From the NCBI RefSeq assembly GCF_004010195.1, contig NC_057718.1, positions 4,309,774-4,373,773 on the forward strand: a DNA stretch of 64,000 bases, in the 5' to 3' direction. The DNA comes from Chiloscyllium plagiosum (Eukaryota). Position numbers and translations under genes: made by a program. The notes below the pieces were generated by a model. That model did not search any database, had not been told where the DNA came from, and saw only the letters and a list, made by a program, of their open reading frames with translations. Numbering within the stretch: position 1 is the stretch's first letter; the number at the start of each line of letters is the position of its first letter. Of this stretch, positions 53,821 through 64,000 are shown one piece after another.

Positions 53821-55395
53821 TTAAAAAGCCCAGTGACATTGTCATTCATCCACTATGTCCCCTGTGTTTCACACTGCTGCTACTGAGTGTGGGTGGTGGA
53901 GGGAGTGGATGCTTGTGGATGTAGTGTCAATCAATTGGGCTACTTTGTCCTGAATGGGGAAAGCTTCCTGACTTCTGCTGGAGCTGCCCTCATTTGAATA
54001 AACAGCACTCGAGACATTGACTCTATCTGGGACAATGCAGCCCAGTGGATCAGCACCACTGTTGTGTGGGAAAGGGCAGTGACCAGAAGGGGCACAACAT
54101 ACACAAGTAAATGGTTGATCAGTGTTTGGTGCTTTCAGTTGATGGAAGAATGAATGGGGATGAAAATAGGAGATCACCCTCATCTGCTTCAAAGAATGAA
54201 ATGGGATCCTCCTCACTCACCAGCAGAGATGGATGGGATCTCTCTGTTGTGTGATCTGAAAATACCACATCTCTTAATGTCTCTGTACCAGAGCAACAGC
54301 TGAGGTCAGGTGCTGAGTCCCAAAGTACAGACTGGAATTTCTGGCTCATAATGTGCAGAGATCAGACTGACAACCTGCAGACGTGCAGATCATGCTAAAT
54401 CACCAATGAATCTGAGGGGGGCTCAGTGGTTAGCACAGTTGCCTCACAGGGACCTGGGTTCAATTCCACCCTTGGGTGACTATCTGTGTGGAGCTTGCAC
54501 ATTCTTCTTGTGTCTGCATGGGTTTCCTCCCACAGTCCAAAAATGTGCAGGTTATGTGGATTTGCCATGCTAAATTGCCCATATTGTTCAGGGATTTGCA
54601 GGCTAGGTGGATTACCATGGGCAATGCAGGGTTATTGGGTGGGTGGGATACTTTTCAGAGGGTCAGTGGGGACTTGATGGGTTGAATGGCCTGCTGCAGT
54701 GATTCTACGAATTGAAGGGTTTTGTTGACAGCATCTTGTAATATAATTTTATTTTTCAGTTATCTGCACCTCAGACACATTTACAAATGAGAGGAATTTT
54801 ATCAGCAGTGATTGTGAGGTAAGGGTTAGCTCTATTCCAGCCTGGAATCTCCTATCAGTGATAACGTAAAGGCAGGGTGACAGTCAGTGCAGAATAATCT
54901 CAAACTCAGTGTAGTGGAGCTAATTAGTGCATGATTCACGTTTTCTGTAAGCCTCGACATGTTACATAATCAACAGTGATTTCTATGTTGTTAAGATTGA
55001 ATGGGTCCTGGTGTTGTTGATTTGTCTGCTTGCACAAAGGGCCTTTATAAATTGAAAAACTCTGTCATGAGACAAGTTTCATTGTTTAAAAGAACCACTG
55101 CAGACTGATGGCCAGAGAGACGCATAATGAGATATCAGGATTAAATGAAGAACTTTGGATTTTTTCTGACCCTGTTAGAATCCCCAGATAGTGTCTTCAA
55201 CAAGATAGGTTTATTTCGAGAAAGAAGAAAAGAACATGAAATGACAAGGTGCCTTTGATGACTTCAGAGTGCAGTCAAAGGTTTCACAGCCAACAAGTTA
55301 CATGCAAATTGTGGTTAATGCTGATGGTAATGCCAGAACTGAACCTTAAGCTTGGGGAGTGGGGGATAGGTGGGGAGCAGGGTCTGAGAGAAGGG

Positions 55396-56185
55396 TAGAG
55401 GCAAAGCAGGGGCCAAGGAAAAGACTGTCTATTTATCCTATCCATGCCCCTCATGATTTTATAAACCTCTTTAAGGTCACCCCTCAGCCTCCGATGCTCC
55501 AGGAAAAACAGCCCCAGCTTATTCAGCCTCTCTGTAGCGCAAATTAGATTAGATTACGTTTAGATTAGATTAGATTATTAGATTACTTTACTGTGTGGAA
55601 ACAGGCCCTTCGGCCCAACAAGTCCACACCGACCGCCGAAGCGTAACCCACCCCTACCCCTACATTTACATTTACCCCTTACCTAACACTACGGACAATT
55701 TAGCATGGCCAATTCACCTGACCTGCACATCTTTGGACTGTGGGAGGAAACCGGAGCACCCGGAGGAAACCCACGCAGACACGGGGAGAACGTGCAAACT
55801 CCACACAGTCAGTCGCCTGAGGCGGGAATTGAACCCGGGTCTCTGACGCTGCGAGGTACCAGTGCTAACCACTGGGCCACGGTGCTGCCCACAAATCCTC
55901 CAACCCTGGCAACATCCTTGTAAATCTTTTCAGAACTCTTCCTGAAGAAGGGCTTATGCCCGAAACGTCGATTCTCCTGTTCCCTGGATGCTGCCTGACC
56001 TGCTGCGCTTTTCCAGCAACACATTTCCAGCAACATCCTTGTAAATCTTTTCAGAACCCTTTCAAGTTTCACAACATCCTTCCGATAGCAAGGAGACCAG
56101 AATTGTACAATATTCCAAAACTGGCCTAACCAATGTCCTTTACAGCCACAACATGACCTCCCAACTCCTGAGATCAATGCTCTGA
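55396..56185 (-). mobile_element. CR1 fragment carrying a nested SINE and a hammerhead module
   Basis: QFWSPCYRKDVVKLERVLKRFTRML interrupted twice. Confidence 0.85.
55942..55969 (+). ncRNA. Minimal type I hammerhead ribozyme core (Penelope-associated)
   Basis: CUGAAGA-A-GGGC(UUAU)GCCC-GAAA-C-GUC: all conserved core nucleotides present, 4-bp stem II, palindromic ACGU in place of stem III. Confidence 0.7.
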
Positions 56186-59100
56186 TGACTCGATGACTCT
56201 AATGAGACTCAGCTGGAGTATTGTGTATGGATGGCACTACATCCATAGGGAAGTTGTGAATACATTGGACAGAGAGTATAGAAACGATTTACAAGAACAG
56301 TTCCAGGGATGAGAAATGTCAGTGATGAGGGAGAGATTGAAACAGTTCTCCTCAGAGAGAGGAAGGCTGTGAAGAGATTTGTTAAATGTAGGAGCACATT
56401 ACTGCAGATGCTGGAATCTGTGCTGAACACAACAAATGCTGGAGATCACAGCAGGTCAGGCAGCATCCATAGAGAAAGAACAAGCTAACGTTTCAAGTCT
56501 AGATGACTCTTCATTAGAGCTGAAGTGAAATGTGGAAGGGGCAGCACTGATGCAATAGTGGTGGGGGGGAGGCGAGGTGCTGGCAGAGAAAGGATGTTGA
56601 TAGTTCACATTAAGTGATTGGAATGTGAGGCTGGTTAGGGTAGATGGGAGAAGTTATTCCCACTCATAAAGGAAACACAACCAAGAGGGCTTAGATTTAA
56701 AGTGATTTGTTAGTGGTTAGGATGTGGAGTGCACTGCCTGGAAACGTGGTGAAGGCAGGTTCAATGGAGACATTGAAGAAGGGCATTGGCTGATTATTTG
56801 GATAGAAATAGTGTGTAAGGGTTTGCGGGACAAGCAGGGAATTGCCATTCAGTAATGATGCTCGTTTGAACAGCCAGTGTAGTCATGATGGGCTGAATGG
56901 CCTCCGCCTTCGCTGGAACAATTCTGCGACTTTGAATCCAATTGTACGATTTGGTGGGGTGTATCTTGAGCTTATCTGTGCCACAGTTTATCTGAATGTT
57001 CCCACATCCCAGCACTAGGGGGGGAGCAAATGAACCCTTTTCACACTGACGATGGGTCACAAACTACCAACAGGAAAGTTCTGTGGGACACAGCCTTCGA
57101 AAGGAAACATAGGGACACAGCCAATATCGTTGTAACTCTGACTTTGACTGACTCCTTGAAAGGATGTTTGAAACAAAATGAGATCAGTCACTGTCTCTGG
57201 AAATGAAGGATCACATTTTATCTTTTTCCCTTTTCAACTGAACTGCAATTGATTGGTTCCTACATCCCATGGCCCCAGACCAGGTTATATACAGGCCTGT
57301 CTCAACCAAGGCGAAGCTGTGGGTCCAGAAAATACACAGCATGATCCAAACTGTTAGGCCCTCCTGTGACCACTCCCTCAGTTTCAACAGTAATGAGAAA
57401 ATCTCTGTTTTGAAATGAGCCCAAACAATTTGCAGGGGAAAGTGGAAGTTCAAGTCTGTCCTCAACGCTTGGATATTAGGAGTTGGGATTGTGCCTTAGA
57501 CTTACATCACAGTTGAGCAACAAACTCTAATTACTCCACACTTATCTGGATGAGTGCGGCTCAAAAAGACATTGAAGATATTTGACACCATCCAGGACAA
57601 AGCAGTGCACTTGTTCAGCACTACATCCACAAGCCCCTACTCCCTCCACCGCCAACGCTCAGTTGTACTACCTACAAGATGCACTGCAGAAATACACCAA
57701 CAAGCCTCAGGCAGCACCTTCCAAACCCATGACCGTTTTTATCTAGAAGGGTAAGGGCAATAAGTACATGGGAACACCACTCCTTGCAAGTTGTGCTCCA
57801 AGCCACTCACCATCTTGACTTGGAAATTATTCCGTTTCTTCACTGTCGCTGGGGCAAAATCATGAAACTCCCTCCCTAAATGCATTATGTGTCTACCTAC
57901 AGCACATGGACTGCAGTGGTTCAAGAAGCACCAGCATCTTGGCAAGGGACAACTAGGTACGGGCAATAAATGCTGGCCCAGCGAGCTTGTCATTACATGA
58001 AAGAATTAAACAAAAGCCCACAATCCTCTCTGACTGGATCTCACACAAGGAATGAGGTCTTCGTTTCCGAACAGATCCATTTATGCAACAACATTGCCAC
58101 GGTAACCAGGATTGTTTGAATACAGAGTTACAGTCAGAAGTGCAATTGCAGTATCAAAATGTTTCATCTGCCAGATGCTGTGAATGTTTAGAAAGGTCGA
58201 GCTGACTGGATCCAGGGTGTGTGCTGCCAGGTTGATTCAGACTGGGTCTGACAGTGATCAGAGAAAGACTTTAGTCCCAGCCTAAGGTGAGACAGATCCA
58301 GTCATGGGAAAAATGACAACATCCTGACAGATCTGAGCTGGCACTGTGAATCGTTCTTGAACAGATGAATGAAGATGGGAAAAGCAAACATGGAACGATT
58401 AAACTGATAAGAAGCATAATGAACAGAAGGATGATTGTTGCTGCTGGACCAGACTCCAGGCTTCATAATCCCAGAGAACAGGAGCTTAAGTACCATGCTG
58501 AACAATCCGAGAATGTGAATGTGATTTAAACAGAAGTGAAATAGTTGGAGTCAGTAAAAATGACGAAAAATGCAGCATTGTCATTAATTCGTAACCATTC
58601 AGTCATGTCTGTTTTCCAAAGCAAACCTACTGTTCTTACACAGGTTGGGCTCTTTGTGACTCCAAACCCATCCCAAACTGGTTGATGAGGAGGAATCAGG
58701 GTGAGGCAGTAATCCTGAGTCCCAGGCTATTGTTCTGCAGTCATGGGTTTGAATGCTATCAGGGCAGATGGTAGAATTTGAATTCATTCTGGAATCAAAA
58801 TCTAACCCAATGTTAACCATAAAAAGACCATTAATTGTTATAAAAACTCATTGGGTTCACTCATGGCCATTGGGGAAGGACATCTTGCTGTGCTTACCTG
58901 GTCTGGTCTATGTGACTCTAGACCCTCAGCAACGTAGTTAACTCTTAATTCCCCTCCAGGCAATTAAGGATGGACAATAAATGCTGACCCAGCCAACGAT
59001 GCCCATATACAATGAATGAATGAAAAAACCCTAGGCCATACAGTCTCCCACCCAGGTTATACCCATGGTCCAGCTGAATGGCAAAGATGCCAATTTTGTG

Positions 59101-59739
59101 CCCACAGCACTGACCACCAGCCAATCAATGATAACTCGGATCCAAATCTGACACTGACTATCACAAAACCATCATGCCAATAGTTCATTGTATGCTTTGG
59201 GAAAAAAAACCTCTCCCCATCAGAAAACTGAAATGGCTTCGTTCGTTCATTTCGTTGCTGTCATTAGAACTTTCTCTGCACAAATTGGGTGACACATTTA
59301 GCTACATTGCAATGGATGACTATTAAAAGTTTGCTGAATTTAATGCATCTATTTGCAATCCTGGGATTTGCTCCTCGACTCGATCAAGAGGTTGCCGAGC
59401 AAGCAAAAGTGTAGCACCAGGTTACAACAGGTAAGGCCATAAAACCATAAAATCTAGGATCAGAATTAGGCCATTCAGCCCATCGAGGCTACACCAGCAT
59501 TTGATCATGGCTGTTATGTTTCTTAAACTCCTTCTCCCCATAACCCTTGATGCCCTTACCAATCAAGAATGATCTATGTTTAAGTTAAATGTACTCAATG
59601 ATTTGGCCTCTGCAGCCCTCAGTAGCAATAAGCACCACAAAGCCACTTCCCTCTGGCTGAAGAAATTCCTCCGTGGTATGTAACTCTTATACCTATTATG
59701 TTATTCCAGCTGTATGGTATCTAGCACCACCTTACTTTT

Positions 59740-61000
59740 AATTTTTGTGATTATCTCTCTGTCTCATACGCAGGCAACAATGTTCCAAGGCATGATATAT
59801 TGGCAAAACCAAGCAGACGCTACGACAACGGATGAATGGACACAACACAACAATCGCCAGAGAGGAATGTTCCCTCCCAGTGGGGCAGCACTTCAACGGT
59901 CTAGAACATTCAGCTTCGGATCTTCAGGTGACCATCCTCCAAGGTGGACTTCAGGATACACACCAATGGAGAGTTGCCAAGCAGAGACTGATAGCCAAGC
60001 TTGATACCCATAAGGATGGCTTCAACCTGGTTCATGTCGCACTGTAGGTGACCCCACTACACTACACACTCACACACACACTCTTACACATCACACACTC
60101 ACACTATATCAAGCACATACACACACTCACATTCACATGCACGCACTCACACACTCTCTCTTTCCCACACATATTGAGTTTTTCTGTCCCCCTCACACAT
60201 GCACACACACACACATGTACACACACACGTGCACGCACATACACATGAATATAAGTCTATGGGGTGATTTGTATTTGCAGATAAATTTTATTTTGTTCAA
60301 AAAACACACAATCTGTAGGCACAATGTGGAGGCAGTCAGTCCATGTGACATTTATAAATTCCTACTTGGAAATAGAACCAGTCTGACTCAAGGTTGTGAT
60401 ACCTCACACCTTTAATGAATTGATTGAACTGAGATGTCATTTTTTTATTTATACTGATAAAACCTTAAGTTATCTCAGGACAGTGACTTGAGAGAAGTTC
60501 TGGGATTTACATATTAACTGCATTCACATTCTAGGTGATTAAAGACATAACAGCAATCTAGGTTTGTTCAATACACCACCTCAGTTGTATGACACCTTGA
60601 TCTTTTACTATATATTCTGTGTCCTATGATCTTGCCTCACTACCTTCCCGACAAAGGAATAGTGCTCTGAAAGCTTGTATAGTACTCCCAAATAAACTTG
60701 TTGGAGTATAACTTGGAGTTGTGTGACTTTTAACTCAATTAATCGGATTATAGGTCGTCCATTCACTTGTTATTCAGCTATTGACACTTTACTCACACCA
60801 TCTGAAGCACTCGATCACATGCAGTGACCTATTGTTCGGCCTGTCGACTCTCTATTCACACCATTTGTATGATCTTTTGATCTCTCTGATTATAAAGTCT
60901 GTGTCTGGATGCTCTCTTCACTCCACCTGATGAAGGAGCAACACTCCGAAAACTTGTGATTTAAAATGTTGGATTATAAACTGATATCATGTTACTTTTG
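59740..61000 (+). mobile_element. Penelope-like element, second family (GIY-YIG remnant plus repeated end modules)
   Basis: YIGKTKQTLRQRMNGH...PVGQHFNGLEHSASDLQVTIL; CTGATGAAGGAGCAACACTCCGAAA at about 60927. Confidence 0.8.
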
Positions 61001-61554
61001 ACATTTATAAAAGGGTCATCCCTTCACTCTGAGACTGTGCTCTTGGGCTATGGTCTCTCCTACTTGAGGAAACATCTTCTCCATGTCATCTGAGTCCAGG
61101 ATTCTCAGTATTCTGTAAGTTTCAGTCAGATTCCCTCTTCATCCTTCTAAGCTCCATCGAGTACAGACGCAGGGTCCTCAACTGCTCTTTATAACATTTA
61201 AAAGGCATCTGGATGGGCATATGAATAGGAAGTGTTGAGAGGGATATAGCCCAAGTGTCAGCAAATGGGGCTAGATTAGGTTCAGATATCAGGTCTGCAT
61301 GAATGAGTTGGACCGAAGGGTTTGTTTTTAAATCAATCATCTCAATGATTTTACGACTCTATATGACAAGGCCCTCATCCCTCGAGTCATTTTTGGAAAC
61401 CTCCTCTGGACTGCTTCCAAAGTCTGCACATGCCTCCTTTGATATGGGACCAAATTGTTTGGAATATTCCAAATGCAGTCTGATGAGAACCTGACTGTAA
61501 ACAGTGACTGTTTAGAGGGAGCTTTGTAAAAAGGAGCCACCATTTTTATAGAAA

Positions 61555-62435
61555 TGATGTGGAGGTGCCAGTGTTGGACTGGGGTGGACAAAGTTAAAAA
61601 TCACACAACACCAGGTTATTGTCCTCCAACAGGTTTAATAAGAAACACTAGCTGTTGGAGCGCTGCTCTTCCATCAGGTAACTAGTGGGGCTGGATCATA
61701 AGACACATAATTTATAGCAAAAGATCACAGTGGTCATGCAACTGATGTGATAATTTGAACAAACCGAGATTGTTCAGCCTTTCACCTTTTAGAATGGGTT
61801 GCAGGTATCAGTTCATTAATATGTAAATCCCAGAACTTCTTTCAAGTTACATTCCTGAGATAATTTAAGGTTTTATTTTAAAAAGTGACATCTCGACTCA
61901 GATAATGTATTAAAGGCGTGAGGTTAGAGTCTGTCTGTATTTGAATCTTGAGCCAGACTGGTTCTATTTCCAAAGAACAAATTATGAAATTTCGTATGGA
62001 TTGATTGCTTGCAGATTGTGCACTTTTTTTGAACAAAACGGAATGTATCTGCAAATACAATCCTGCCAATGCAAACTCAAGATTGAAATACAGACAGACT
62101 CTAACCTCACACCTTTAGTGCATTATCTGAGCTGAGATATCACCTTTTTTGTTGTAAAACCTTAAATTATCTCGGGAATGTAAATTGAAAAAAGTTCTGG
62201 GATTTACTTATTAATGAACTGATACCTGCAACCCATTCTAAAAGATGAAAGACTTAACAACAATCTAAGTTTTCTTCAATATATCTTATGAGTTGGATGA
62301 CACCATGATCTTTTGCTATAAATTCAGTGTCTTATGATCCTGTCCCACTAGTGACCTGTTGAAGGAGCAGCACTCCGACAGCTAGTGCTTCCAAATAAAC
62401 CTGTTGGACTATAACCTGGTGTTGTTTGATTTTTA
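61555..62435. mobile_element. Penelope-like ends arranged as a long inverted repeat
   Basis: About 61597-61945 is the reverse complement of about 62082-62432; homologous to 60370-60735. Confidence 0.85.
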
Positions 62436-62439
62436 TTTT

Positions 62440-62730
62440 TATAGGGGGCATTATAAATCATGGCTGCCATCTTTACAGGGGGCAAATTGTAACCAGCAGC
62501 GGCCATTTTTATAGGGGGCATTATACATTGTGGCTGCCATCTTTATAGGGTGCAGATTATAATCATCAGCTGCCATCTTTATAGGGGGCATTATAAATTC
62601 TGGCTACCATTTTTATAAGGGGCACATTGTGAACAGCAGCTACAATCTTTGTAGGGGACAATTGTAAATGGCAGCTGCCATCTTTATAGGGGGCATTGTA
62701 AACTGCAGTTGCCATTTTTATGGGGGCTAG
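62440..62730. repeat. About 35-40-bp minisatellite
   Basis: Repeated GGCTGCCATCTTTATAGGGGGCATT(G/A)TAAA. Confidence 0.85.
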
Positions 62731-64000
62731 TGGAGAGGTGCTGCTATTTTTATTAATCTTCAAGAGTTAAAACAGAGCCAAATTATGTAACAACACAGAA
62801 AGTACTGCTTTGCAAACTTGAGTCAAAAAGTATGATGCTGGAAAAGAACAGCAACAAGGCAGCATCGGAGGAGCAGGAGAGTCAATGTTTCGGGCATAAG
62901 ACCTTCATCAGAAATGATGCTTTGGAAACTTGTCAATGGATAGCCCCACCCATCTACCCCCTCCCCCCAACAAGTTCATGATCAAAGTGTGCCTTATTTT
63001 ACTTCCTGTTTTCTGTGTTATGTCCTACAGCTGATATGCGACACAGCTTTAAACACACCCTGCCTCTGGTGTCCCATGATAATTTTTCCATCAATGGCAG
63101 TCAGGTCTTCAGTTACTGGGCCTAAACTCTAGAAATCCCTCCATGAACCTTTCTGTTTTCTCTCTCTGTCAATTCCTTTCAAACGCTCCTTTACTCCATC
63201 CGATCTGATATGACTTAGTGATGTGTAGTGATGTGTAGTGCATCACAATTTGTCCTGTGAAACTGTTCAGCTTAACGCCTCTGTCTGAACATAAATTTTT
63301 ATTGTTGTAATGCACCCATTTCCACCCCTGCTGCTGTTTTCGAATCCTAAGCCTCTCTCTCTCTCTATCTCTCTCTCAAATAGATCAAACTATCCCACAT
63401 TCTCCCATCTCACAGATGGTACTGAGTATGAAGTTACAAGGATAAAATCATAGAATCCCTACAGTGTAGAAGCAGGCCATTTGGCCCATCAAGTCCACAC
63501 TACCCTCTGAAGACCATCCCAACTCGACCCACACCCCTACCCTATCCCGAGTAACCCAACATTTTCCATAGCTAAATCACCTAGCCTGCACGTCCCTGGT
63601 CACTATGAGCAATTTCTCATGGCCAATCCACCAAACCTGCACATCTTTGGACTGTGGGGGGAAACCAAGGCTGGAATCAAATGCGGGTCCCTGCTAGCGC
63701 TAACCACTGAGCCACCATGCCACCCTCATAATTGAAGAAGTTGGGGCTATTCTCCTTGGCTTATAGGAGATTTGAGGAAATCATGAGTTGGCTGGATAGA
63801 GCAGACAGGGAGACGCTGTACCCACACATAAAGTGGCCAAGATCAGCGGAAAACTAGAAGACTGGGAAAGCTTTAAAGGTCAACAGAAAGCCACAAGAAG
63901 AGCTATAAAGAAAAATAAGATAGAACATGAGATAAAGACTAGTACAGAATATAAAGAAAGATAACAAAGGTTTCTGCAAATACATAAAATGAAAAGGAGT

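Noticed and set aside
40000..64000. EPHX2 exons expected from mammalian synteny
   Set aside because: No recognisable exon seen; small exons could be missed without a tBLASTn search.

Overview
Repeat-rich vertebrate genomic DNA, very probably a shark or other cartilaginous fish (inferred from HE1/V-SINE-like SINEs and abundant CR1 LINE fragments). Two spliced genes lie on the minus strand. (1) chrna2, the neuronal nicotinic acetylcholine receptor alpha-2 subunit: five phase-consistent coding exons between 5197 and 17988. The terminal M4 exon was not found and is probably left of position 1. A near-perfect RE1/NRSE element sits in its 5' UTR. (2) An unrecognised gene with two coding exons (37757-39354) encoding a 205-aa acidic, probably secreted, helical protein. 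Between them is a decayed Gypsy provirus with both LTRs and Gmr1-type domain order (SCAN-like gag, integrase zinc finger before RT, 4-bp TSD) carrying nested CR1 and SINE insertions. Many Penelope-like fragments are scattered through the window. Their ends carry minimal hammerhead-ribozyme cores (one with an intact core at 55942-55969) and often form inverted hairpins. There are also several minisatellites and a 26-N assembly gap. Repeat boundaries are approximate and read by eye.
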